Positions 1-8,649 of a stretch of 45,216 nucleotides of DNA are shown one piece after another. The first letter of the stretch is position 1; every line of letters starts with the position of its first letter. The stretch covers positions 1 to 45,216 of the forward strand of contig CAZCME010000013.1 in assembly GCA_964499705.1 (NCBI GenBank), in the 5' to 3' direction. This DNA is from an uncultured bacterium. Its GTDB lineage: Bacteria > UBA8481. The translations under genes and the position numbers were made by a program. The notes under the pieces were generated by a model that worked only from the letters and a program-made list of their open reading frames with translations, searched no databases and was not told the DNA's origin.

Positions 1-68
1 CGGGGCGGTCCTTTCTACTTTGCAGAAGCGGAACTTACTACTTTGCGCGTACAGAAGCATAGAATCGC

Positions 69-103
69 TTGGCGTCAGATTTCCCTGCTGATACGCTCCG
101 GCT
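69..103 (+). promoter_or_regulatory. sigma70-type promoter, probably leaderless
   Basis: TTGGCG(69-74)-17 nt-TACGCT(92-97) with an extended TG; ATG at 104 is 6 nt downstream; no SD. Confidence 0.55.
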
Positions 104-370
104 ATGAACTTCATGGATCCCCAGAAGACCTACGGCCTGGTCCTCGGCATGTTCATGCTGATGTGTTTCGGAGCCGCCATCATGGGGACGATGGTGACCA
201 GCGAACAGCGGTCGGAGTCGGGACGATCCCCCATGCCTCTCATTTTCGTCTGTATCTTCGTGGCGGTCGTGGGTTGGATGTTTATAGACTATCTATTTCT
301 ACCGCAATACAAGGGGATTCCCATGGGCGATTACGCCAAATTATGGCTGGGAAAAAAACTGGGTAAATAG
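104..370 (+). CDS. small membrane protein with two predicted TM helices
   Basis: 88-aa ORF with two hydrophobic segments, directly behind a promoter-like motif. Confidence 0.7.
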   Translation: MNFMDPQKTYGLVLGMFMLMCFGAAIMGTMVTSEQRSESGRSPMPLIFVCIFVAVVGWMFIDYLFLPQYKGIPMGDYAKLWLGKKLGK

Positions 371-425
371 CTCCGCTGGAATCACGCGCCGCATTCTGCC
401 GCGCGCTCAGCGATCAAGAAACAAG

Positions 426-499
426 TGCGCCCAGGAAGATTCGAACTTCCGACCTTCAGATTCGTAGTCTGACATTCTATCCAGCTGAACTATGGGCGC
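426..499 (-). tRNA. tRNA-Arg (anticodon ACG); CCA not encoded
   Basis: Reverse complement GCGCCCATAGTTCAGCTGGATAGAATGTCAGACT-ACG-AATCTGAAGGTCGGAAGTTCGAATCTTCCTGGGCGCA shows acceptor stem, D arm, anticodon stem TCAGA/TCTGA and GTTCGAA T-loop. Confidence 0.97.
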
Positions 500-511
500 G
501 GGAGAGAGTGA

Positions 512-539
512 ATTTTACCAGAGTCGGATACGTAAACAA
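512..539 (-). promoter_or_regulatory. sigma70-type promoter of tRNA-Arg
   Basis: TTGTTT-16 nt-TAAAAT with extended TG, 12 nt upstream of the tRNA. Confidence 0.55.
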
Positions 540-563
540 GCGATAGTTGCAGAAGGGGGCGGC

Positions 564-854
564 TTAAAGTCCTTCGCCTTCCTCCTCATCGGATGGAAAA
601 TTGACGTTCAGGTCGGCGGCCAGCGTGGCGCGCCCTTCGCCGGCCAGAGAATCGATCTTATTGAGCGTCATCTGTTCCGTGAACATCGGCCGGAGAGCGA
701 GAAAAATCGATACGACCCAGACCGAGATGAGGCCGATGACGAGCCCGTACTCGATCATGCCCTGCCCGGATTCATTTCTTTTTCGAAACCTCATTCCCTG
801 TGCCCGCTCACGCTTCATTTCTCCCTCGCTCTCCTTGAAATGCTTCATGCTCAT
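564..854 (-). CDS. Flp/Fap family type IVc (Tad) prepilin
   Basis: Basic leader, then G|QGMIEY (E at +5, Y at +6) and a hydrophobic helix. ATG at 854 overlaps the upstream stop (TGATG); a later start is possible. Confidence 0.8.
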   Translation of the reverse strand: MSMKHFKESEGEMKRERAQGMRFRKRNESGQGMIEYGLVIGLISVWVVSIFLALRPMFTEQMTLNKIDSLAGEGRATLAADLNVNFPSDEEEGEGL

Positions 855-1408
855 CACGCGTCCAGTTTCGCGGAAACGCGCTGCCTCATCGGTTCCGCTT
901 TTTGCCCGAGCCCGGACGTCCCGTAATTCTCCACGATCCACTCCAGACGGGTCAGGGAGGACTGGAATTTTCCGTTGCCCTCTTCCGTGATCGCCTGGAC
1001 GTATTCCCACAGGACATCATCCCGCGAAGCTTCCGGAAGATCCGCTCTGGCGCGGATCAGATCGAGATAGTCCTGTGCTTCCTTCAACTGTTCCTCGTTC
1101 GTCGGCTTTGATTCGATGAATTCCGCGAGCTGCTTTTCCGCCTCGGCGAATTGTCCCAGGCCCAGAAACGCCGTGCGCGCCGCGTAGAAACGAGCCTCGC
1201 TGGAGAATGTGGACCTGGAATATCCGTCAGCCACCCTCTGGTAAAGTGTGTACGACTGCTCCGCGCTCACCTTGCGAAACGCATCATGGGCCGCCACGAG
1301 ATCCCGGTGCGCGAGTTTTTCATAGGTGGCGGGAGGATTCAGAATGAACCAGACCGCCATAGTGACCACGTTCAGAAGAATGGCCGTAAACGCGAGGATT
1401 CGGAGCAC
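854..1408 (-). CDS. membrane-anchored TPR-like protein
   Basis: N-terminal TM segment; helical repeats such as EARFYAARTAF..QFAEAEKQLAEFIESKP; GAGG SD before GTG. Confidence 0.75.
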   Translation of the reverse strand: MLRILAFTAILLNVVTMAVWFILNPPATYEKLAHRDLVAAHDAFRKVSAEQSYTLYQRVADGYSRSTFSSEARFYAARTAFLGLGQFAEAEKQLAEFIESKPTNEEQLKEAQDYLDLIRARADLPEASRDDVLWEYVQAITEEGNGKFQSSLTRLEWIVENYGTSGLGQKAEPMRQRVSAKLDA

Positions 1409-1475
1409 TAAATTGCACCTCTCTTGTGGAGTATATCAGTCCGTCTCCAAAGGATTTCTACCAATGCATTTTTTT

Positions 1476-2120
1476 TCACTGTACGGACCGGAGCAACGTT
1501 CGTGCTTCGTTAGCGGCGGAATCCTTGGGATAGGCCGTCAGGAATTCCCGCAGTACCCGCGCTGCCTCCTCATTTTTCTGGAGTTTCTTGTTGATTTTCG
1601 CAATGTGCATCATGGACGGCGGTCTCAATGTCGAATTAGGAAATTCTTTCGCGATGCGATTCAGGATCTCGAGGGTCTTGGAATAATCCTTGGCTCGGTA
1701 GGAGGCATCCGCCTCATACCATATCTTCAGAATGGATCCGTCCTCACCCCAGTGCGTCTCCATGAAGGCGAGATCCGCCTGGGCCTTCTCGGCATAGGCG
1801 CTTTCCTTGAACGCGGCGACCTCCCGCAGCACGGTGCGCGCCTTATCCACATCCAGCATGCGACTGCGATAGATGTTAGCGAGCCGCTCGCCGGCGCGGG
1901 GCGCGATGAGCGTCGCGGACATGCCATAAAAAATGCTTTCGTACAGTTCCGCGGCTTCCGCAAATTTTTTCTGCTTTTCCAAATCCATCGCTACGGTGAA
2001 TATCTTCTCGGAACTTTCCCTCGTAGCCAGATCGGGCCGACCGAAGAGAAGCGTGGAAGTCGCGGCGAAATTGAGGAGCGCCACGATCACGGTCCACCTG
2101 ACAAGTTTTTCCGGCGTCAC
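1476..2120 (-). CDS. TPR protein (BamD/CpoB-like repeats)
   Basis: N-terminal TM segment; repeats such as IAKEFPNS and FLTAYPKDSAANEA are typical of BamD/YbgF-like TPRs; GTGA overlap with the upstream gene. Confidence 0.8.
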   Translation of the reverse strand: MTPEKLVRWTVIVALLNFAATSTLLFGRPDLATRESSEKIFTVAMDLEKQKKFAEAAELYESIFYGMSATLIAPRAGERLANIYRSRMLDVDKARTVLREVAAFKESAYAEKAQADLAFMETHWGEDGSILKIWYEADASYRAKDYSKTLEILNRIAKEFPNSTLRPPSMMHIAKINKKLQKNEEAARVLREFLTAYPKDSAANEARTLLRSVQ

Positions 2121-2620
2121 CGCGACCCGCTCCTTCTACCCTCGGGATATGGTTCCGACTGCTCGATTCCCCTGAAATCGTGATACTTCCCCTTGTAAAT
2201 GATTCCATTCCGGAAATCGTGAACCTCCTGCCACTCCCCCCAAACCCTGGCGCGCACCACTCGAACCTCCTCCACGGACTTCGGCTCCGCTGGTGAAGGA
2301 GCCCTTGCCGCGACAACCGCGGGCGCCGTTTCCATCGCCCCGGATGCTCCGGTTGACACTCCCGCCACCGTCGTTTCCGAAGCCACTGCTGCCGGCTTAT
2401 TGGCGGCGGGAACCTCGGCCCGCGCGATCTGCGGTCCGCCATCACGTTGTGATCGTCGAACCAGCGATTCTCGCGGGGTGGTGGGAGGGCGCATGGCGAG
2501 CACGACTTTCGATTCGGACGGAGGAGGCTCGCGATACATCATGAAGGTTGTCAGTGAAAAAAGGACGGAACCGAATCCCAGTCCGACTACCAGGAGGTAT
2601 TCTCTTCGAATTTGTGGCAT
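2117..2620 (-). CDS. hypothetical membrane-anchored protein with Ala/Pro-rich linker
   Basis: TM helix, low-complexity linker and small C-terminal domain; stop overlaps the next start. Confidence 0.6.
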   Translation of the reverse strand: MPQIRREYLLVVGLGFGSVLFSLTTFMMYREPPPSESKVVLAMRPPTTPRESLVRRSQRDGGPQIARAEVPAANKPAAVASETTVAGVSTGASGAMETAPAVVAARAPSPAEPKSVEEVRVVRARVWGEWQEVHDFRNGIIYKGKYHDFRGIEQSEPYPEGRRSGSR

Positions 2621-2682
2621 CTCAGGCCTTTCGCATGATACTAACTGTTACGGTATCCGGCAAGCGACACTTGAGCTCGTTT

Positions 2683-3465
2683 TCAGTCCCGCTGGATGGG
2701 AATTGAACCGAATTCCGTCTCGATCGTCCCCTGCACGCGGAGATGCACGGTGGACAGCATGCGTGAATGGAATCGCTTCAGCACAGGATTCCCGGATCGA
2801 AACTCAGCCTCCGCAGGTATGCGGGCGGAGGCGACAGGGCTGACGGACGGCCTTGCCGTCGCTCGAAACGGTCCCGCCGTGGTATCGGAGAAAACGATCC
2901 AGTATCGAAGCGAGCCCAGTTCCAGTTCCACACCGCCGGGATTGTGAACGTCGATCCTCGCGCGTGCGCTCGTCCACCCGTTTTGATGATCGAACGTGTC
3001 CATGCTCCCGACTCGAAACTCCGGCGGCCTGAAAACGGGTAGAACTCCCGAACAGGAGACGGGAAGCTTCCATGTCTCCGGGCCATGAGGAATGAGTATA
3101 TCCGCCGTCAGCAAAATACGAACAAATCCGCGGACGGTCGCGTGACGAAGATCGCCGTAGCTGATCCGCACAGGTAGAGACAGCACATTGTCACGGGCCG
3201 GCATAAGCTCCTTCGCGAAGAGCTTATCCCCCGACGCGAAACTGTCTCCATTCACGGTCACGTCATATCGGAGCCTGGGCGGCGCGAGCGGATATGCGGC
3301 GGGGTGGTGGATCGTGAAGCGGTACTCGACATTGACGCCATGCTCGTCGATCCCCGTATAACGAACCTGGATGTCCGCAACAGCCGGCGGAGTCCTCAAG
3401 GGAATCGAGACGCAGGCAACGAGCAACAGGCCTGGAAGAAGGCAGACGGAGACGATTCGCATCAT
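2683..3465 (-). CDS. LEA type 2 (WHy) domain lipoprotein, two domains
   Basis: Lipobox LLVAC; two beta-rich domains with IHHP..LRYDV and VHNP..LRYWI motifs typical of LEA_2. Confidence 0.7.
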   Translation of the reverse strand: MMRIVSVCLLPGLLLVACVSIPLRTPPAVADIQVRYTGIDEHGVNVEYRFTIHHPAAYPLAPPRLRYDVTVNGDSFASGDKLFAKELMPARDNVLSLPVRISYGDLRHATVRGFVRILLTADILIPHGPETWKLPVSCSGVLPVFRPPEFRVGSMDTFDHQNGWTSARARIDVHNPGGVELELGSLRYWIVFSDTTAGPFRATARPSVSPVASARIPAEAEFRSGNPVLKRFHSRMLSTVHLRVQGTIETEFGSIPIQRD

Positions 3466-3480
3466 CCCGGGATCGTATCA
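3466..3480 (-). promoter_or_regulatory. extended -10 element, probably leaderless
   Basis: TG-A-TACGAT, 6 nt, then ATG at 3465. Confidence 0.5.
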
Positions 3481-3545
3481 GATAACGATGAGGCACTTCA
3501 CTCCTGAAAATCCGTCCTTCCTCTGTCTCGGGTCATCCTTTTCTT

Positions 3546-3580
3546 TTGCAGTTCGATGGCGCCTGTTCTAGCCTGTTCTC
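3546..3580 (+). promoter_or_regulatory. sigma70-type promoter, probably leaderless
   Basis: TTGCAG-17 nt-TAGCCT-6 nt-ATG(3581); no SD. Confidence 0.5.
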
Positions 3581-4711
3581 ATGAACAAGGTCTGGATCGC
3601 GGGTGTCGGCATGACGGCATTCGGACGGCGATCGGATTCGCTCGCGGATATGATTCTGGAAGCCGCCCGCAATGCGGTCGAATCGGCGGGTTACGACGAA
3701 TTCGATGCCGTATATGTCGGAGCCATGCATCCGGAAGGTTTTCTCGATACCTCCAACCTCGCGTCCGTCATCACGGATTACCTCGGGTTCGTTCCCGCGC
3801 CCGCGATGCGCGTGGAATCCGCGTCGTCCACGGGCGCCGCGCTCTTCGCCGCGGGCTTTCATGCCGTGGCGTCCGGAGACTGCAATCGCGTCCTCATCGT
3901 CGCCGGCGAAGTGATGACGCGCGTGCCGACCTGGCGCGCCACCGAGCTCATGGCGCAGGTCGTGGATGCGGATGAACGACTGCATGGCGCGACGATGCCG
4001 GCCCTCGCCGCGCTCGCGACACGTCGCTACATGGTGGAATACGGGCTCAATTCGGAGGAACTGGCGCTTGTCGCCGTGAAGAATCACCGCAACGGCGTGA
4101 AAAATCCCTACGCCCAGTTTCGCCGGGAAATTTCAGTGGACGATGTGATCTCCTCGCGCATGGTGAGCGATCCTCTGCGCCTGTACGACTGCTCGCCGAT
4201 ATCCGACGGGGCCGCGGCCCTCGTCCTGTCCGCATCGCCGTCGGGCGTGCGCGTTCTCGGTGTCGGCCAGGCGACCGACCTCGTGGCCGTCCAGATGCGC
4301 AACAACCTCACTCATTTCAATTCCACGCGCATCGCCGCCAGGAAGGCATTCAAGATGGCCGGCATCACGCCTGCGGAAATCGGGACGGCGGAGATTCATG
4401 ATGCCTTCACATCCTTCGAGATCATCGGTTCGGAGGACATCGGCTTTTTTCCCGCCGGCGGCGGACGAACCGCGCTCCTCGACGGGATCACGCAACCCGA
4501 CGGAAAACTCCCCGTCAACGCATCCGGCGGTTTGAAGTCGCGGGGGCATCCGGTCGGCACAAGCGGCCTGGCGCAGATCATCGAGATCACGCTTCAACTG
4601 ACCGGGCGCGCCGAATATGACCACCCTTCCGATGCCCGGTTCGGATTGACGCAATCGGTCGGAGGACTCGCCACCAATAATCTCGTGACGATCATGAGGG
4701 CGGAGGAATGA
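3581..4711 (+). CDS. thiolase-family protein (SCP2/archaeal-like) lacking the nucleophilic Cys
   Basis: GVGMTAFG, NHRNGVKNPYAQ, DCSPISDGAAA, EIHDAF and NASGGLKSRGHPVG motifs; VESASSTG where VExACxSG is expected. Confidence 0.9.
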   Translation: MNKVWIAGVGMTAFGRRSDSLADMILEAARNAVESAGYDEFDAVYVGAMHPEGFLDTSNLASVITDYLGFVPAPAMRVESASSTGAALFAAGFHAVASGDCNRVLIVAGEVMTRVPTWRATELMAQVVDADERLHGATMPALAALATRRYMVEYGLNSEELALVAVKNHRNGVKNPYAQFRREISVDDVISSRMVSDPLRLYDCSPISDGAAALVLSASPSGVRVLGVGQATDLVAVQMRNNLTHFNSTRIAARKAFKMAGITPAEIGTAEIHDAFTSFEIIGSEDIGFFPAGGGRTALLDGITQPDGKLPVNASGGLKSRGHPVGTSGLAQIIEITLQLTGRAEYDHPSDARFGLTQSVGGLATNNLVTIMRAEE

Positions 4712-5064
4712 GCGGGCGCGTGGGAACAGGCTATCCGCCGTCTGATCAGTCCCCCCTGCCGATCTTCAAGTGCGCCTGCGGATACGGCACGCTTCTCGAT
4801 CGACCTTATTGTCCGAAATGCCATGACGCGCTGCAGCATGGTTTTACCGGCCCGTTCGGCGTGGTGCTCTCGTGGACCATCGTTCATGTGGCCGCGACAG
4901 AGGAAGCTCACGGTCCTTATGGACTTGCCATGGTCGGTCTCGAGAGCGGCATCAATGCCATGGCGCGGTTTGATGTTGGAGATCCCCTGGAGATCGGCGA
5001 TCATGTCTTCGTCACGCTCGAAGAGAATAAGATGAGGTATGCCCGAAAAGCGCCGTCACGGTGA
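4708..5064 (+). CDS. DUF35-type Zn-ribbon/OB-fold acyl-CoA-associated protein
   Basis: CxC...CPKC zinc ribbon and GVVLSWTIVH..PYGLAMVGLE OB fold; ATGA overlap with the thiolase gene. Confidence 0.85.
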   Translation: MSGRVGTGYPPSDQSPLPIFKCACGYGTLLDRPYCPKCHDALQHGFTGPFGVVLSWTIVHVAATEEAHGPYGLAMVGLESGINAMARFDVGDPLEIGDHVFVTLEENKMRYARKAPSR

Positions 5065-5086
5065 AGCCGGAAACGGCGTGGCGACG

Positions 5087-5545
5087 ATGAAGCACACGAA
5101 GATCGAGAAGATCATCATCGTGACCTTCTCCTCTCTTGGCATCGGTCTCGGGCTGTATTACGCGTGGTCCAGTTTCGGTTCCATGCTTCCATGGGAGACC
5201 GCTTCCGAAGTCCGATTCATTATTCCTTCTTCGATGGGAATAAGCCCGGGACATCCTGTGATGAATGAAGGTGCCCCGGAGCGCTCCGCGATCGGCACGG
5301 TCAGGAATTTGCGGGCCGTGTCGGATGGGATCATGATCACCGTCTCGATCGAGCCCGGCCGGCGGCTGAAGCGGGGAACACGCGTCGTGGTACGACCGCT
5401 CGGCGCTCTGCGGGAAGCCGCCATAGAATTGTCCACGGGCAATCCCGACGAGCCCGATCTGATCTTGCCCGCGATCGTGCCCGGTGAAATCCAGCCGGGC
5501 CCTCCCGACAATATGCTTGAACCTGCTCCACGCTGGCCGGCATGA
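5087..5545 (+). CDS. MlaD/MCE domain protein
   Basis: N-terminal TM segment, then GISPGHPV..G...IGTV and ..LG...IEL..G MCE pattern; start codon uncertain. Confidence 0.7.
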   Translation: MKHTKIEKIIIVTFSSLGIGLGLYYAWSSFGSMLPWETASEVRFIIPSSMGISPGHPVMNEGAPERSAIGTVRNLRAVSDGIMITVSIEPGRRLKRGTRVVVRPLGALREAAIELSTGNPDEPDLILPAIVPGEIQPGPPDNMLEPAPRWPA

Positions 5546-7632
5546 TCCTTCCCCTTGTTCTTCTCCTGGTGGTCGCGGCAGGCTCGGCGGATCGCCCGGC
5601 CGAGCTCGCCGGGTACCCCGACAGCGAATCGCTTCGGATCCATCGGGCCCGGCAGTACATCCAGGAGGGCGCGCGGCTGGAAGCCGTCGCTGAACTGCAT
5701 CGCGTGCTCAGGGATACCGCGGCCGATCTTCGCGAGAAGGAGCCTGCCCGGCTCCTCCTGTCCAAGATCTACCTCGAAGAAGCTCGCTATCATTCCCGGA
5801 ATGGCGACGGAAACCGCGCCGGCCGATGGTTGCGGGAAGCCCGAAAGATGGGTTATGCGGCGCCGGATGCCAGGAATTCCGGATTGCCTTCATCGGATGC
5901 AGTCGCCCTGCATCGCTCCGCTGCTTCTGCTCTGGATGAAAATCGCGCGGCTGAGGCCGCAGCCCTCCTGTCGCGTCTAGCCGGTCCTCAACCGGCAGCC
6001 ACGTATGCCCTTCGCGCCGAAGCCGCGCTTCTCATGAACCGGATGGATGTCATGGAGAAGAACCTGCGGCGCGCCAGTGCCATCGATTCCGCGGATCCGG
6101 TGCTGGGAAGGTTCTGGAAAACTCGCAGTCTTCACCGAGCGCGGGCCCTTTCGGAACGAGGCGAAATCTCGCCGGCCATCCGGGAACTTCATGCCGCCGA
6201 CTCCCGTCTCCTTGTCGTCGCTCTCCTCAAGGCGGATCTGCACCTGAGAGCCGCCGATACTCGGTCAGCCGTTGCGGAATTCGATGCGATCTCCCGCCGC
6301 CCGGACGCTCCGGGCTGGATTCCGGCCAAACTGGCGAAACTGTATCTCGACCTGGACATGATGGAGCAACTTCTCACGCGCTTCGACCGGTGGGATCTCA
6401 TGCCCCGCGATCCGGACAAGCTCATGAATATCGGCCGGGCTTTTCTAGATCACGGCGATACGCCACGTGCCTCCCAGTGCTTTCGGCTCCTGCTGAAACT
6501 CGCGCCCTCCACGGCTGAAGCATGGTCGATCATGGGTCGGGTGAGATACTCCCTCGGAGATTACGCGGCGGCCGCGTTCAACTTCGACATGGCGCGCCGG
6601 AATGGCGACACATCCGTCCTGCCGCGATTGCTGGATTCGCTCTCGCGCTCCGGCCGGAAGGATCTTCTCGCAAGGGAACTGGCACGAATCTCATCGGAAT
6701 CCAGAGCGGTCGCGATGAGCCATCCTCTTCCCGCCGTCGCTCCCGCTCCCCGGGAAAACCCCGTCCTGGTATCCGCATCCATCGGAGCAGCGTCGAAACC
6801 GCCCGATTCCGGTCTTCGTCGCGTCTCCGCGGAGTCTCCAGCGGTCTCCCGCTCGGGACATATTCCCGAGTCCACGCTCGTGGATCGCATTCGATCCCTG
6901 GCCGCCGCCGGGAATCACGACACGGTCCTGAGGCTTGCGCGCCAGGCGCTAGTCCTCGATCCGTTTCATGTCGAAACGCGCCTTCTCATGGCGCAGGCAT
7001 ACTGGCGTAAGGGAAGATTCGGCGATGCCATGAGCATCCTGAAGCCGATACGATCCATCGTTCCGCCGGGAGCGCAGCGCGCGCGATTGCTCGCGGCCCA
7101 GGGAACAGCCGCTCTCTCGCTGGGACTCCTGGATGACGCCCGCATGTCACTGGCGGAGGCATACGCCTTCGCATCGAACACGAAGGACACGTCCAGCATC
7201 GACAACATTGCGTTAAACCTCGCGATTGTCCTGAAGCGCTCCGGCGATCCGGACCAGGCTTTGGCGATCCTGGACCGCCATAATATCCGGACCATGGAGG
7301 GAAATCTCGTCAGAGCCGCCTCGCTCGACATGATGGAACGCTCCGGCGAGGCCATCAGTCTCCTGGAAGCCGCCGCGGCGGTCTCCCCTGTCGCCGCGCT
7401 CAACTACGGCATTCTCCTGAGGAAGAACGGCATGGTTGACGAATCCATCATGGTCTTCGAGGAGCTCGATAAATCGTGGAAGGAAGAAGCGCTCGTCGCC
7501 TATCATTACGCGCGATCGCTCGAAACAGCCCAGGATTTCGAGGCCGCGAAAAAATATTACGAGATCGCCTCCCGGCTCGAACGCGATCCGTCACTTGCGG
7601 AGATTTTCCGCAAGGAATCCCTGAGGTTCTAA
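5542..7632 (+). CDS. exported tetratricopeptide repeat protein
   Basis: Signal peptide; multiple TPR motifs (AEAWSIMGRVRYSLGDYAAA); ATGA overlap. Confidence 0.8.
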   Translation: MILPLVLLLVVAAGSADRPAELAGYPDSESLRIHRARQYIQEGARLEAVAELHRVLRDTAADLREKEPARLLLSKIYLEEARYHSRNGDGNRAGRWLREARKMGYAAPDARNSGLPSSDAVALHRSAASALDENRAAEAAALLSRLAGPQPAATYALRAEAALLMNRMDVMEKNLRRASAIDSADPVLGRFWKTRSLHRARALSERGEISPAIRELHAADSRLLVVALLKADLHLRAADTRSAVAEFDAISRRPDAPGWIPAKLAKLYLDLDMMEQLLTRFDRWDLMPRDPDKLMNIGRAFLDHGDTPRASQCFRLLLKLAPSTAEAWSIMGRVRYSLGDYAAAAFNFDMARRNGDTSVLPRLLDSLSRSGRKDLLARELARISSESRAVAMSHPLPAVAPAPRENPVLVSASIGAASKPPDSGLRRVSAESPAVSRSGHIPESTLVDRIRSLAAAGNHDTVLRLARQALVLDPFHVETRLLMAQAYWRKGRFGDAMSILKPIRSIVPPGAQRARLLAAQGTAALSLGLLDDARMSLAEAYAFASNTKDTSSIDNIALNLAIVLKRSGDPDQALAILDRHNIRTMEGNLVRAASLDMMERSGEAISLLEAAAAVSPVAALNYGILLRKNGMVDESIMVFEELDKSWKEEALVAYHYARSLETAQDFEAAKKYYEIASRLERDPSLAEIFRKESLRF

Positions 7633-7973
7633 ATCCCCGCCGCGATCAGGTAGATCCAGTTTCCTCCCACGGCGAAAAGGGCGGCAGCGCGGCCCCAGAA
7701 AAGTCGGCGCGGCGTTATCGCGGGATCGGGAAATCTCCCCGTTCGCGCGTAGATATGGAGTCCCGCGATCAACCAAGCCAGAAGAAGGGGGCCTCCGAGC
7801 ATGAGGAGCGGATTGAAGGCGATCGCATCGAGGGGCCGGCCGTCCAGCAACGCCATGACGCCCCGCGTGGCGCCGCACGTCGGACAGGGAATGCCGAGGA
7901 TCGTGTGAAAGGGGCAGTCCGGAGCGATCCGGTCGAAGAGCCTGAGGAGCGTGAGCGCGGCGGCGGCCATCAC
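7629..7973 (-). CDS. DUF2752-like membrane protein
   Basis: CPFHTILGIPCPTCGATRG...A..FNP signature. Confidence 0.85.
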   Translation of the reverse strand: MMAAAALTLLRLFDRIAPDCPFHTILGIPCPTCGATRGVMALLDGRPLDAIAFNPLLMLGGPLLLAWLIAGLHIYARTGRFPDPAITPRRLFWGRAAALFAVGGNWIYLIAAGI

Positions 7974-8638
7974 CCGGGCGGTTGAACCTGCCTCAGGATC
8001 TCCACGAACTGCGGTCCCATCATCGCCGCAAGCGTCGCGCCGAAGGCGAGAAACGCCATCACGATGCAGCAGCAGCAGAGAAACGTCGGCAACAGGACTG
8101 CCGCGATCACGGCGCCCGGCGGCGACTTATGGATATGGATGAGACCGATGATCTGCAGGACGAACATCCAGATGCCGCCGACGACGTTGCCGCAGCAGGG
8201 GATGAGAAACAGCAAAGCGGGAGCGGTCGCGTAGCAGCCCGCTTTCACCGTGCCTATATAGCCGCGGCCGCCCGCGCTGAACAGAAGCAGGAAGAGCTGA
8301 GTGATGGCGCCGCCGACGAAGAGTCCCGCGATTCCATGCACAGGATAGGTCAGCCAGAACAGGGAATAGAACGTCGTCTCGCCCATCACCGCTTCCTGCG
8401 AATACACCGGCGCCATGAAACTGGTCTGCGTCATGATCTGTATGGCGCCGAGCACCACGGTCCAGAAGACGTTGGCGGCCGCGCCGATCGAACAGGAGAT
8501 CGCGGCGAAGATGAGGGGCCTGGCCAGCGTATCGGACGGATCGGTTTCGTCGAAAAAGGCGGCGGGTTCCATCATCAGGCGCCGCACGGACTCGGCGTAT
8601 GATCCGACGCCGCCGGAAGATTCCCAGATATTCCCCAT
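7970..8638 (-). CDS. YIP1 family membrane protein
   Basis: P..FF near the N-terminus and about five TM helices; IPCCG and LCCCC segments. Confidence 0.75.
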   Translation of the reverse strand: MGNIWESSGGVGSYAESVRRLMMEPAAFFDETDPSDTLARPLIFAAISCSIGAAANVFWTVVLGAIQIMTQTSFMAPVYSQEAVMGETTFYSLFWLTYPVHGIAGLFVGGAITQLFLLLFSAGGRGYIGTVKAGCYATAPALLFLIPCCGNVVGGIWMFVLQIIGLIHIHKSPPGAVIAAVLLPTFLCCCCIVMAFLAFGATLAAMMGPQFVEILRQVQPPG

Positions 8639-8649
8639 GAGCCGGTTGG

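Noticed and set aside
426-499. tRNA as an integration site for a genomic island
   Set aside because: No integrase, no duplicated tRNA 3' end seen, and the flanking genes look chromosomal.
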